Shown one piece after another: positions 29,308 through 38,439 of a DNA stretch of 64,000 bases. The DNA lies in IMG/VR virus record IMGVR_UViG_2563366977_000001, positions 1-64,000 of that record, one strand, 5' to 3'. The notes beneath the pieces are model-generated. The model was not told where the DNA came from, did not search any database, and saw only the letters and a program-made list of their open reading frames with translations. The DNA comes from a virus (Duplodnaviria > Heunggongvirae > Uroviricota > Caudoviricetes). Each line of letters opens with the position of its first letter. Position 1 is the first letter of the stretch. The position numbers and the translations under genes are program-made.

Positions 29308-30107
29308 TCGATCACTCCGTTTTGAGTGGTATCAAAGTTCCTGGCCGGGATGCAGTAATACAGGGAGCCGACGTGTTGTGTTCCGTAGCTGAAGATTCGA
29401 TGCACGTACCACCAGCGGCGGGCGAGGCCATTCGCCATTTCTTCGTTCCATTCCAGGATTGAACCAACAGGTACGTTGTTTGCAGCAATACGCAGGATTA
29501 GCACTTCATCAGCAAGACCATCCTGTTCTCCATCGGCATCAATGGCATGAAACGAATCCCTTCCGTCCGGGTTATCCAGGACGTATACGATTTCCGGTTC
29601 CAGATAGGTAAGCTCACGCTGGTTGTTGTCCAGTTGCGTGAAAGACTCTTCACCTGTTTCATCGTTTACGACGCCATAGGTGCCATCAGCCGGGCGGTAT
29701 AAAAGCGCCTCGAACGCGTCAGGGCTTGATTCAATAATGAGCATCCAATCGGCGCGGATCTGGTCGTTGAACGCTTTATGTCCGTTATATCGGGTTTTAA
29801 GCTGCTGGTTTGGTTCTCTGTTAGCGAGCGATGCCGGTAGGGGAGCGATGTCAGGTTCAATCACTTCCGTAACAGAGTCACCAGCATTATCAGGCCAATT
29901 ATCATGGCTATTAGATTGGGTGGCGGCGTGCTCTTCCAGAATACTGAATGGCCCTGCACTGACATTCCCATTTTCCGTTGTGCTTCCTTCATTCGCTTCA
30001 ACCGTCGTTGTCTCTTCTCTCTGCGTGCTGTCATGTTCTGTTCCCTTTCTCATCAGGCTTGCATCATCAGCAAGCCATTCATCAAAACGGCCCATAAGCG
30101 TCCTCAA
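29304..30107 (-). CDS. tail/baseplate protein
   Basis: Track ORF, 267 aa, with an acidic N-terminal region. Confidence 0.3.
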   Translation of the reverse strand: MRTLMGRFDEWLADDASLMRKGTEHDSTQREETTTVEANEGSTTENGNVSAGPFSILEEHAATQSNSHDNWPDNAGDSVTEVIEPDIAPLPASLANREPNQQLKTRYNGHKAFNDQIRADWMLIIESSPDAFEALLYRPADGTYGVVNDETGEESFTQLDNNQRELTYLEPEIVYVLDNPDGRDSFHAIDADGEQDGLADEVLILRIAANNVPVGSILEWNEEMANGLARRWWYVHRIFSYGTQHVGSLYYCIPARNFDTTQNGVIE

Positions 30108-30258
30108 AGGTCGATTTATCAGGTATCGAAAGGAAGATTTTCGGGAGATTGTGATTTTGGATGGAGGAGGGGAATTGTTGCAATATGCACTTGCGCACGG
30201 TGCAACGGTGCGCTATCATTATGACATTCATTAATAATCATGGAGGATAAGATGATCG

Positions 30259-30561
30259 ATGAGCAAAAAGATTAACATAAAGAATTTCAGGGATGAGTGG
30301 CTTGATGATTTTTTTGAATTTTCAATACCACACAAAAAGATACCTTCTGATATTCAGATTACATTGTTGCGGAAGCTGGATATTATCAATGCTGCAACTA
30401 CTTGGAAGGACTTGAGATCACCACCAGGTAATCGGTATGAGGAATTGTCAGGGAAGCTAAACGGCTATTCATCAATAAGGGTGAATAAGCAATACAGGTT
30501 AATTTTTAAGTGGGTTAACGGAAAGGCCGAGGACTTGTATCTCGACCCTCACAAATACTAA
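30259..30561 (+). CDS. higB: HigB-family toxin (RelE/ParE superfamily, plasmid maintenance killer)
   Basis: 100 aa, pattern ...DLRSPPGNRYEELSG...SIRVNKQYRLIFKW...LDPHKY, followed by a VapI-type HigA gene. Confidence 0.65.
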   Translation: MSKKINIKNFRDEWLDDFFEFSIPHKKIPSDIQITLLRKLDIINAATTWKDLRSPPGNRYEELSGKLNGYSSIRVNKQYRLIFKWVNGKAEDLYLDPHKY

Positions 30562-30632
30562 AACAAATACCCGGCGGATGGGCCGGGTACTGACCAGAGT
30601 CCACTTAATACGCACGCTAGTAAGGGCAAAAA

Positions 30633-30971
30633 ATGAAACAGGCAACCAGAAAACCGACGACTGTAGGTGATATCCTGCTGTACGAATACCTGGAGCCGTT
30701 AGAGCTTAAGATCAACGAGTTAGCAGAAATACTTCATGTTCATCGTAACACCGTAAGTGCTCTTGTTAATAATAATCGTAAGCTAACGATGGATATGGCA
30801 TATCGCCTGGCAAAAGCATTCGATACTTCTGTAGATTTTTGGATTAATCTTCAGACCGCAGTAGACCTGTGGGAAGTCGAAAATGATATGCGCGTTCAGG
30901 AAGAGTTAAGTCGTATCAATACTGCTGAAAAATTTATTTCTCAGCGGAACCTGAATAAAAAAGCAGCCTGA
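30633..30971 (+). CDS. higA: HigA antitoxin (XRE helix-turn-helix, VapI-type)
   Basis: VGDILLYEYLEPLELKINELAEILHVHRNTVSALVNN...AYRLAKAFDTSVDFWINLQ, the characteristic HigA HTH. Confidence 0.7.
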   Translation: MKQATRKPTTVGDILLYEYLEPLELKINELAEILHVHRNTVSALVNNNRKLTMDMAYRLAKAFDTSVDFWINLQTAVDLWEVENDMRVQEELSRINTAEKFISQRNLNKKAA

Positions 30972-30987
30972 TATAGTAAAACACATA

Positions 30988-31018
30988 CAAAAAGCCCACT
31001 TAACAAGTGGGCTTTCCT
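30988..31018 (+). terminator. rho-independent terminator
   Basis: aaagcccacttaacaagtgggctttcctttgg. Confidence 0.55.
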
Positions 31019-31388
31019 TTGGAATTAATGAACATTAAACCTATCCGTACAGAACAAGATTATGAGGCCGCACTGCGTGAAGTCGAACCGATGTTCGATA
31101 ACGAACCGGAAATGAATACCCCGGAAGGTGATTTCTTTGAGGTCATGTGTCTTCTCATTGAGGAGTACGAGAAAAAACATTATTCCAATTGAGCCACCAT
31201 CACCTATTGAAGCCATTAAGTTCCGTATGGAACAGCAAGGGCTGACCGTGAAGGATCTGGAACCGGCTATTGGTAAATCAAATCGTGTTTACGAGGTGCT
31301 AAATGGGACACGAAATTTGACGTTACCTATGATTCGCCGTTTACATTCCCAGTTTGGCATTCCTCTTGAAAGCCTAGTTGGTGTTTAA
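31007..31388 (+). pseudogene. HigA-family antitoxin-like HTH protein interrupted by a +1 frameshift
   Basis: Two track ORFs (31007..31192 and 31128..31388) join into one family-typical protein (...EEYEKKHY|PIEPPSPIEAIKFRMEQQGLT...) if one T is removed from cattattcc near 31180. Confidence 0.55.
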
Positions 31389-31449
31389 GTTTGGCGGTCT
31401 GGATGACCGCTTTTACCAAAAGTAAAGTTAAGAAGGTTTGATTGTTTAT

Positions 31450-32187
31450 ATGAGCAAAGATTCATCATTAGAAAATAAAGATGAAAATATCACTGTCAAG
31501 AATACAATCGAAGAAGCCATTAGAGACAAGTTATTTAATAAGTTGTTTGCATATGTTGTGGTTTCTTTTTTTGTCGTTAACTGGCAGGATATTTTCATTT
31601 TATTTAAATCAAAGTACGATATATATACGACATTATCTATAGTATGGGTAGGTGATGAGTATAATATCCCCTTTTTGCCATCATTCATTTTGCCACCATT
31701 TGTAGCTCATTTTGTCATGCCATTTATATATGGCACTGTTGCGTCTGTTATTATACCTTATGTTACGTTGTTTATATCGAAAGCCACAGGTAGAAATTAT
31801 GCAAGGATACGATATCTTGATTATGAATTTGATTTGAAAGAGAAAGCCAAAATAGAAGATTTAATGTTTGATCTGCGTAGCAAAGAAAGCGCCAGATTAG
31901 ATTTGGATGCAGCAATAGAGGAGAGAATAAAATCATTAAGTGCAATCGACTCTAAGAACAAAGAGCTTCTGGACGACAGAGTTGCTTTGTTCGAAGGCAT
32001 AAAAGCGATAGTGGATGTATATACAGAAAAAAATAAAAGAATCTCCTCGCCTGAAGATTTTGTTGATTTATTAAAGGCTGTGGAAAGAACTGATTTTTAT
32101 AAGGATATTGGTTTGTCTGGCATAAATGATTTAATAGCTGATTTAAAGAATACTTACGAAGACATACTTAAACCCATGTCCGACTAA
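31450..32187 (+). CDS. membrane protein of unknown function (AT-rich cargo gene)
   Basis: Start MSKDSS; two to three transmembrane segments (FAYVVVSFFVVNWQDIFILF; FILPPFVAHFVMPFIYGTVASVIIPYVTLFI) then a charged, probably coiled-coil C-terminal domain. No family recognised. Confidence 0.45.
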   Translation: MSKDSSLENKDENITVKNTIEEAIRDKLFNKLFAYVVVSFFVVNWQDIFILFKSKYDIYTTLSIVWVGDEYNIPFLPSFILPPFVAHFVMPFIYGTVASVIIPYVTLFISKATGRNYARIRYLDYEFDLKEKAKIEDLMFDLRSKESARLDLDAAIEERIKSLSAIDSKNKELLDDRVALFEGIKAIVDVYTEKNKRISSPEDFVDLLKAVERTDFYKDIGLSGINDLIADLKNTYEDILKPMSD

Positions 32188-32280
32188 CGCTTAAAAGGCG
32201 GATTTTCCGCCTTGCTTTGATGACTTTGATGTAAAACATTTTTTCAGCTATTTGAACACCATGATGGTGTTATTCGTGAT

Positions 32281-32760
32281 TTGTCATTTCTTGATGCTCA
32301 TCAGGCTGTGTTTGTTCAGCAACAAGAAGGAAAGCAACCGATAGAGTATCGCTTTTGGGTTACGTACTCTTTTCACTGCTTCACAAAAGACTATGCACAC
32401 CAGACTGAGGAAGAGAAACTGGCGTTAATGTACCACGCCCCTAAAGAGTCTCGTCCATTTTGTGAGCGTCGCTATAATCTTGCCAAACTTCACTTAAAAG
32501 AGGCAATTCTGTCATTGTCGGAAGGTAAGGTGATCCATGCCGGATACGGAAGCTATGCCGTTATTGAGGTAAATATTGGGGAGGGTAACAAGGAGTATTA
32601 TTTTGTTGCGTTTAAGGCTTTCAGGGAAAAGAAAAAGTTGCGGTTACACATCACTAGCGCCTACCCGGTATCAGAAAAACCAAATGGCAGGTCAGTGAAG
32701 TTTTTCGCAATCGCATACAATCTGTTAAGGAACAAACCGCTTCCTAAGCCACCAAAATAA
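32281..32760 (+). CDS. hypothetical soluble protein (AT-rich cargo gene)
   Basis: 159 aa, no recognisable motif; co-oriented with the membrane gene and followed by a terminator. Confidence 0.4.
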   Translation: MSFLDAHQAVFVQQQEGKQPIEYRFWVTYSFHCFTKDYAHQTEEEKLALMYHAPKESRPFCERRYNLAKLHLKEAILSLSEGKVIHAGYGSYAVIEVNIGEGNKEYYFVAFKAFREKKKLRLHITSAYPVSEKPNGRSVKFFAIAYNLLRNKPLPKPPK

Positions 32761-32761
32761 C

Positions 32762-32785
32762 AAAGCCCACCTTAAGGTGGGCTTC
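32762..32785 (+). terminator. terminator hairpin
   Basis: aaagcccaccttaaggtgggctt. Confidence 0.5.
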
Positions 32786-32985
32786 GCCAGAAATTATTTT
32801 CTGGTATTCAGAACGCCATTACCGGACTTTGCCTTGACCAAGTATCACAACAGGCTTGACCTGTTATGATAGCTGGTTGCGGGATGTCTGAATTTCTTCA
32901 GTCTGCTGCATCCTCGAAGGTTTGGTTCAACATGTACCATTCCTTCACCGTCATAATAGTGAACTATTCACGTCCTTACAAACAC

Positions 32986-34191
32986 TTATACATTTTTTAC
33001 GTTGTTCTTCACATACGCCATGAACATCTTTTCGGCTTGTGCTGGTGGTGTTCCTGCCATAACAAGCGCGTCAATGAACGCCTGCTTCTTCAGTGCGAAC
33101 TGGTCAGCAAGACGTTGCTGAAGTTCCTTGTTTTTCTGCTTCTCCCGTTGCAAAGCAGCTTCTTTTGCCGCTGCCCGTTTTTTCTGTGCGTCGGATAACT
33201 TTCTGGCCCTCGTCAGTTGGTCGCGCAGCTTGTCGATCTTACCGTTGTCCTTTGCCAGTTTTGAGCTTAAAGCGGCCTGGCGTTTCTGATAGAGCTTCCA
33301 TTCACGTTTAGCTGCCTCAACATTCGTTTTGCTGCTACGGTTTCGATTGAACGCCTTCTCGTCTTCTTTTGTGAAGTGTTTTGTCGTGCGGCGGCGATCG
33401 TCACCAAAGGCAACTTGCGTTGCAGCTTTTTGCAGGGCGCGAGCAATACTCATCTGCCAACTGGCAGACTGTAGTCGTGTCATTGAGTGGATCACATGTT
33501 TACAGGCGACGCCTTGCAGCTTAGGGTTGCGAACTTTTGGATAGGCGTATTCTTTTGGCGGGGCCAGGGCAAAGTTACCCGCAGTGGCGATGTAGCGATA
33601 CCAGTATTGATGGCGACCGCAGTCACAATCGAAAGACACTCGCCCGGCACACAGTGATTTTGTGACTTTCAGGGCTGATTTATCGTCTTCTGCGATGTCA
33701 TCGACCATCTGATCCCATTCTTCAAAACGTACCCGGACAATGTGGTGCTGGTGAACGGATATATCGGACGCTTCCACGCGGATATTAATCACATTGTGAC
33801 GAAGAGATACGGGCGTAGCTCTTTTGATACCAGAACCGTCGTCTACGGCGTTATTTGCTCGCTTAATATCGATAGCCTGGCTGGACGCTACCAGTTGTGC
33901 GTATGTAATGCCAGCCGTCTTGCTGTCGTATTTTTCGCGTGCTTTGCTTCGCAGCTTTTCGAAGCCTTTCAGATCGTCACGCGTAAAGAACGTGCCGCCT
34001 TTCTTTTTCCCCAGCTTAAGAATGTCTTCGGCTGATTTATTCCTAAGCCTGCCCGGCGTGAGTGTCCTGTGCGCCTGGCGGCGTTTGCGGTTTTGCTCTT
34101 TCCTGATGAGTTCAAATACGCGTGTGAAATCCTTAGAGGACAGGCCGTCAGTGATATATCGCCCGTCCTGATTTTTCAGGAAGTCAGGCAT
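32986..34191 (-). CDS. basic protein with SWIM-like zinc-finger motif and coiled-coil C-terminus
   Basis: 401 aa; FDCDCGRHQYWYRYIATAGNFALAPP...VACKHVIH gives a CxC...CxH arrangement; K/R/Q-rich C-terminal third. Confidence 0.4.
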   Translation of the reverse strand: MPDFLKNQDGRYITDGLSSKDFTRVFELIRKEQNRKRRQAHRTLTPGRLRNKSAEDILKLGKKKGGTFFTRDDLKGFEKLRSKAREKYDSKTAGITYAQLVASSQAIDIKRANNAVDDGSGIKRATPVSLRHNVINIRVEASDISVHQHHIVRVRFEEWDQMVDDIAEDDKSALKVTKSLCAGRVSFDCDCGRHQYWYRYIATAGNFALAPPKEYAYPKVRNPKLQGVACKHVIHSMTRLQSASWQMSIARALQKAATQVAFGDDRRRTTKHFTKEDEKAFNRNRSSKTNVEAAKREWKLYQKRQAALSSKLAKDNGKIDKLRDQLTRARKLSDAQKKRAAAKEAALQREKQKNKELQQRLADQFALKKQAFIDALVMAGTPPAQAEKMFMAYVKNNVKNV

Positions 34192-34513
34192 TTTCTATCT
34201 CCGGTGCCGAGCCAGCGTAATCGCGAATCTTGTTTCTTAGCCATGCTGCGTCAGGAAGAGTTAACGTTGTCCCTACCGGCATTTCTTCCATTTCTGACTC
34301 ATGGCCCACCAGCACGCGAAATACCCAGCGCAAATCAGCGTTGCCATAGGCGCGATAGGCCGCCAGGTCTGAGCGATAAACCTCATCAATTTTTATCGTG
34401 TACTGGAAATTATCGGAGTGATACTCCGATACCCGCTTGATCATCTCCTGATGGAATAGTGCGCGCAGCACATCGTCTTCAATGCATCGATCGTCGAGCC
34501 TGCTGTAACTCAT
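34184..34513 (-). CDS. hypothetical protein
   Basis: 109 aa; 8-nt overlap with the start of the SWIM-like gene suggests translational coupling. Confidence 0.35.
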   Translation of the reverse strand: MSYSRLDDRCIEDDVLRALFHQEMIKRVSEYHSDNFQYTIKIDEVYRSDLAAYRAYGNADLRWVFRVLVGHESEMEEMPVGTTLTLPDAAWLRNKIRDYAGSAPEIENA

Positions 34514-34605
34514 AACAGTTCCTCACAGTCATAACCTGGGGGGAACTGTATGCAGGGTGTGAAATGCGAGAAAGCAGCGTCACCTTGCCTGGTGACGCTG
34601 TGAAA

Positions 34606-34887
34606 TTATGCGTGTGAAAATAATGGACGGATGTTTGGGCGAGCGGTTTGCGAAGCAACCCAAAGCTCATACTGGGATTGCATACCGGTCCACATTTCGG
34701 CACTGGTTCCAAGAGCGGACTCCAGACGAAGTGCCATATCAGCGGAAATACCTGTTTTTTCGTTCAAAATTCGGGAAAGTGCCGTGCGAGTAATGCCTAA
34801 TGCAGCAGCGGTGTCTGTGACTGATATGTCTCCCAAATATTCACGAAGAACCGCGCCTGGATGCGCGGGATTATGCATACGACTCAT
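34606..34887 (-). CDS. HigA-type antitoxin-like XRE HTH protein (VapI-type), orphan
   Basis: [18 protein letters not shown]...[38 protein letters not shown]. Confidence 0.6.
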   Translation of the reverse strand: MSRMHNPAHPGAVLREYLGDISVTDTAAALGITRTALSRILNEKTGISADMALRLESALGTSAEMWTGMQSQYELWVASQTARPNIRPLFSHA

Positions 34888-35183
34888 ATGTGGAAAGCAA
34901 CCCGTTTACCGGTTGGCAATTCAACGTCCAGACTCAACTTCCCACCCATAGCCTCAACGTAACGTTTAAGCGTTGCCACTTTCAAGTCATTGCCTCGTTG
35001 TTCAAGTTTTGTGATGGCTGGTTGACTAATTCCCATCGCATCGGCAACTGTTTTTTGTGATAACTGAAGCTCCTCTCTCAACATCTGCAATCCGACTTCC
35101 AGAATCATTTCATCAGCCTGCTCTTTGATACGAGCTTGGCTTTCAGGGGATTGCGCAGCAATAACTTCTCTTAGAGTTCTCAT
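34884..35183 (-). CDS. XRE-family antitoxin (HigA2-like) paired with the Gp49-like toxin
   Basis: 99 aa HTH protein ([43 protein letters not shown]) overlapping the toxin gene end. Confidence 0.55.
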   Translation of the reverse strand: MRTLREVIAAQSPESQARIKEQADEMILEVGLQMLREELQLSQKTVADAMGISQPAITKLEQRGNDLKVATLKRYVEAMGGKLSLDVELPTGKRVAFHI

Positions 35184-35530
35184 TATTTTTTCTCAAGTTC
35201 TGCAAGATGGTTGGAAAATTCGTCGTCTGCAATCCGTATCATTCTTTCGTAGAACTTTTTATCGTTACTTTTATCTCCGGCGCACAGGATTATGGCTTGC
35301 CTTACCGGATCAAATGCGAAGAATGCTCTGATAGGGCGACCAGCGTACTGAATCCGTAACTCCTTCATGTTTTTATGGCGTGAGCCTTTAACTGTGTCGG
35401 CATATGGCCTTGATAATGAAGGGCCATATGTTTCCAGATTGATCAGGTCAACCAGGATTTTTTCTTTTAATGCAGGTTCCTGTTCCTGGAACCATTCATC
35501 AAAAATTTTTCCAAAATAAATTTGCCACAT
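35183..35530 (-). CDS. RelE/ParE-superfamily toxin, phage Gp49-like (HigB2-like)
   Basis: 115 aa; I recognise the pattern of Gp49-like addiction-module killers; first gene behind a perfect palindromic operator. Confidence 0.55.
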   Translation of the reverse strand: MWQIYFGKIFDEWFQEQEPALKEKILVDLINLETYGPSLSRPYADTVKGSRHKNMKELRIQYAGRPIRAFFAFDPVRQAIILCAGDKSNDKKFYERMIRIADDEFSNHLAELEKK

Positions 35531-35551
35531 AGTTATTCAAAATCCTTTTTA

Positions 35552-35603
35552 ATAAACTACATGTTATAAACTACAGGTTATAGCATATAACCTGTAGTTT
35601 ATA
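35552..35603. promoter_or_regulatory. operator: 17-bp-arm perfect palindrome plus one extra direct half-site, upstream of the toxin-antitoxin operon
   Basis: ataaactaca tgtt ATAAACTACAGGTTATA gca TATAACCTGTAGTTTAT. Confidence 0.55.
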
Positions 35604-35635
35604 TTTTCAAGACCGTTTTTTATTCGATTTAGCAT

Positions 35636-36289
35636 TTAAAGTATCACGGTATCCTCATCAACTTCTGTCCCTGCCAGTGACTTTGGCTGGGAGGCGGCTG
35701 CTTTAACCTTCTCATGCCCAATAATGGACAGGAACGAGGCCATTATCCCTGCTTTGTTTTCTTTCTCTACCGATCCAGTCATTTGCTTCAGGTAATCCGC
35801 GCTGGCAACATTGTGGTATACCGTTGCATAGCAGCACAGAATCATCAGGATGTGCTCTGGTCGGATATCTTGCCAGTTAACTCGATAAACCTCTTCACCG
35901 TTGCCGTTGTATTCGGTATCGACGATAGAGTCGGGGATCTCGAATGCCCCTTTGTTCTTGTCAGGCAGGGATAGCAGCCTTTGTAGTTTCAGCTCTCGGT
36001 ATCTCTCCATGCCGACAATGATCGCCGCTCTGCCGTCGGCGTGCCGTGTTTTTAATGTTACCTGGCTGGCACCTGTACCGGCTGAAATGGTTGGCGTGAT
36101 TTCGTCAACCAGCACCTTAAATTCACTTTTACGCAGCTCGGCAATTGCTGGTGGAATTTTTCGTTTTTGTTCAATAGCAGATGCTGGGAGGGGCTTTACT
36201 TTGTCAATTACAAGCGCACCGTCTTTCAGGACTGCCGTAGCCATCAGCGGCTTGTTAGTCGAAAGGCTGAATATTGCGATCTTTTGCAT
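35636..36289 (-). CDS. hypothetical protein
   Basis: Track ORF, 217 aa. Confidence 0.3.
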   Translation of the reverse strand: MQKIAIFSLSTNKPLMATAVLKDGALVIDKVKPLPASAIEQKRKIPPAIAELRKSEFKVLVDEITPTISAGTGASQVTLKTRHADGRAAIIVGMERYRELKLQRLLSLPDKNKGAFEIPDSIVDTEYNGNGEEVYRVNWQDIRPEHILMILCCYATVYHNVASADYLKQMTGSVEKENKAGIMASFLSIIGHEKVKAAASQPKSLAGTEVDEDTVIL

Positions 36290-36554
36290 GGCTTTTACTC
36301 CACGATAGCAGGCACAAAAAAAGGCCGCACATGGCGGCCTGCTTTGGCGTTATGACTCCCTACCGCGCATCGGCTGAAAGTTAGTCGTCAAAAGAACCTT
36401 CAACGGGAGCCGTTTGCGCAATGGATTTTGTCCAGATTGTGATTTCCAGAATAGTGTCAACAATTTTTTTGAATTTTTTATTCGCGCTGAATTTGGCCTA
36501 AGTCATTTTGGCGTAGATGTTTGCTTTTGTAACATAAAACTTCAGTTTGTTTAC

Positions 36555-37184
36555 ATGAAGGATGGTTTTGTGAAGTTAAGGGTTTTGGGAGCAGTGCTCG
36601 CGGTTATATTGGGGGGAGTTTCTCTTAATGCTGCCTATGCAGGCGCGTTACCTGCAAAGTATGAGGCTGGGCTGAAGGTGTTGCGAAACGCCAAAACAAA
36701 CTATACGCCTGATGAAGTTTCAAACTATTGCCAGAAAGAAAATATCCCGCTGAAACCTGTAGAGCCATTCTTTAAAAGCAACATTGAGTTCTGTGTATTT
36801 GCATATGCAGCAGATGAAACAGGCAAAGCCATACAAAAGACAGGGTATTCCACCAAAGACACAATGTCGGTGTTAAGTAACGGCGTGTTGCAGTTTGAGC
36901 TTTATCGTCAGCAAGGAATGGGAGATCTATTGCAGCCTTTGTATATGCTGGCTTGGGTGCCTGAAGGGCAGCAGTTTCTTATCCGGAAAGGGATGCTTCG
37001 GCAAAGTGATGTGGCAGGATTCAATAACATGATGGAACTTGAACGAGCCGCGAAGCAAAAACAAGCACCTAAGCAACCTACAGCGGAATGCATTCGTAGT
37101 GAGATCCAAAAGATATTAAGTGAGCAGCCTTACATTGATCGTGGGGTAGCCGAAGTCGCTGCAAAAATGAAATGTACTAATTAA
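36555..37184 (+). CDS. secreted protein of unknown function
   Basis: Start at MKDGFVKLRVLGAVLAVILGGVSLNAAYA (classic signal peptide); track ORF starts earlier at 36414. Confidence 0.45.
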   Translation: MKDGFVKLRVLGAVLAVILGGVSLNAAYAGALPAKYEAGLKVLRNAKTNYTPDEVSNYCQKENIPLKPVEPFFKSNIEFCVFAYAADETGKAIQKTGYSTKDTMSVLSNGVLQFELYRQQGMGDLLQPLYMLAWVPEGQQFLIRKGMLRQSDVAGFNNMMELERAAKQKQAPKQPTAECIRSEIQKILSEQPYIDRGVAEVAAKMKCTN

Positions 37185-37227
37185 AGTCAAATAGAATAAC
37201 AAAATGGTAACATCTGGAGTTTGTGAA

Positions 37228-38049
37228 ATGTTTTTAAAGAAATGCGGAAACATATTTTGTTCAACAGCGTTTACTGCTGTTATTGCTCTTTCGGTTCCCA
37301 GCATATCTTTTGCTGAAGATTTTAGCAAAATTGACTGTAACGCCACAAAAACAAGGCAGATGTTGATCGATGATTATAACGAACTTTTAAAAGATGAACC
37401 GGAAAAAGTAACAGTAATTGATGCTTACGATCAGGTTAATGAAATAAGCGAAAAAAATAAACTCCAATGCTTGGGAACGTATGAGTTCTCTGATGGAAGC
37501 ACGCTTAGAGTTAGGTATAATTTATACCTAAACAGCCTAGGTACACCTATATATAAATTTGTCCCAGTTGAGGATTTAACGCAATATGACGTAAGCGCAT
37601 CTATTCATAATGCTCCTGCAACCATTACGAGTGCGCCTGAAAATAATGGAAAAACATACGCCTGTAAGGTCGCTGTAACCTACAATGGAAAACGCTCTAA
37701 CTACATGGGGGATTCTGGTACATGGGATCGTGTGATTACTGATTATGGATCTTACTTCTCATGGGATTTGCCACGCGGAAACAGAGGTAACAGCACTGGG
37801 CAGGATGCTTTTAGTGGTATAGACGAATCAAAGCCTGTATTAGAAAATCAGTTGGTGAGAAAGGAAGTCGAAAAAGATGGTAGTGTGGTTGATGAGTTCA
37901 GGACTGAAGTAAGCTATGGTGAGAGACAATCAGCACATAAGTTTGTATATGCCCGTAGAATAAAACCTACAGGGACGAGAGAATATTATGTCACAGATCT
38001 GACTGATAAACGGGCATTTATGTTTCTGAATTGTCAGCAAGATTCGTAG
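37228..38049 (+). CDS. secreted protein of unknown function
   Basis: Start at MFLKKCGNIFCSTAFTAVIALSVPSISFA (signal peptide) with GGAG upstream; AT-rich gene. Confidence 0.45.
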   Translation: MFLKKCGNIFCSTAFTAVIALSVPSISFAEDFSKIDCNATKTRQMLIDDYNELLKDEPEKVTVIDAYDQVNEISEKNKLQCLGTYEFSDGSTLRVRYNLYLNSLGTPIYKFVPVEDLTQYDVSASIHNAPATITSAPENNGKTYACKVAVTYNGKRSNYMGDSGTWDRVITDYGSYFSWDLPRGNRGNSTGQDAFSGIDESKPVLENQLVRKEVEKDGSVVDEFRTEVSYGERQSAHKFVYARRIKPTGTREYYVTDLTDKRAFMFLNCQQDS

Positions 38050-38088
38050 TTGATATAGCAGGCTTAAAGATTAAGCCTGCTATTTGTT

Positions 38089-38439
38089 TTACTCGGTAAT
38101 TGTTTTACAGTTGTTTTTATTTAAGGCCAACCCAAGTTTACTTGAGGCCAACTCATTTTCGGTGTGAGTGCCAGCAAACACAAAGCCTTGTTTTATCTTG
38201 TTTATGGTGAAATATTTGTTGTACATGAAAGCCCAAATAAAAGAGGCGATCCAGGGGCCAATTCCGGCAGTGAGGAATGCCAGTATCAGCATCACCACGA
38301 ACACCCCAATGAAGGTTATAAAGTCTTTCCTGAACAAAGCAGGAAAAGCACCAAACAAGAATGTAGTCCAAGAAAAACCATAAAAACCGGTTATTGACTC
38401 GCCAGTTTGAGGATTTTCAAGTTTAATTTTAGTAGCCAA
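38089..38439 (-). CDS. small inner-membrane protein
   Basis: 116 aa with two to three hydrophobic helices. Confidence 0.35.
   Translation of the reverse strand: MATKIKLENPQTGESITGFYGFSWTTFLFGAFPALFRKDFITFIGVFVVMLILAFLTAGIGPWIASFIWAFMYNKYFTINKIKQGFVFAGTHTENELASSKLGLALNKNNCKTITE

Noticed and set aside
32866-33198. Plus-strand track ORF 32866..33198
   Set aside because: Overlaps the 3' end of the SWIM-like gene on the opposite strand and translates to a Cys/Leu/Phe-rich junk-like sequence.
35565-35603. Perfect palindrome as a possible lox/rox-type recombination site
   Set aside because: It has an odd 3-bp centre, is 22 kb from the recombinase and sits exactly at the promoter of a TA operon; an autoregulatory operator is the simpler reading.
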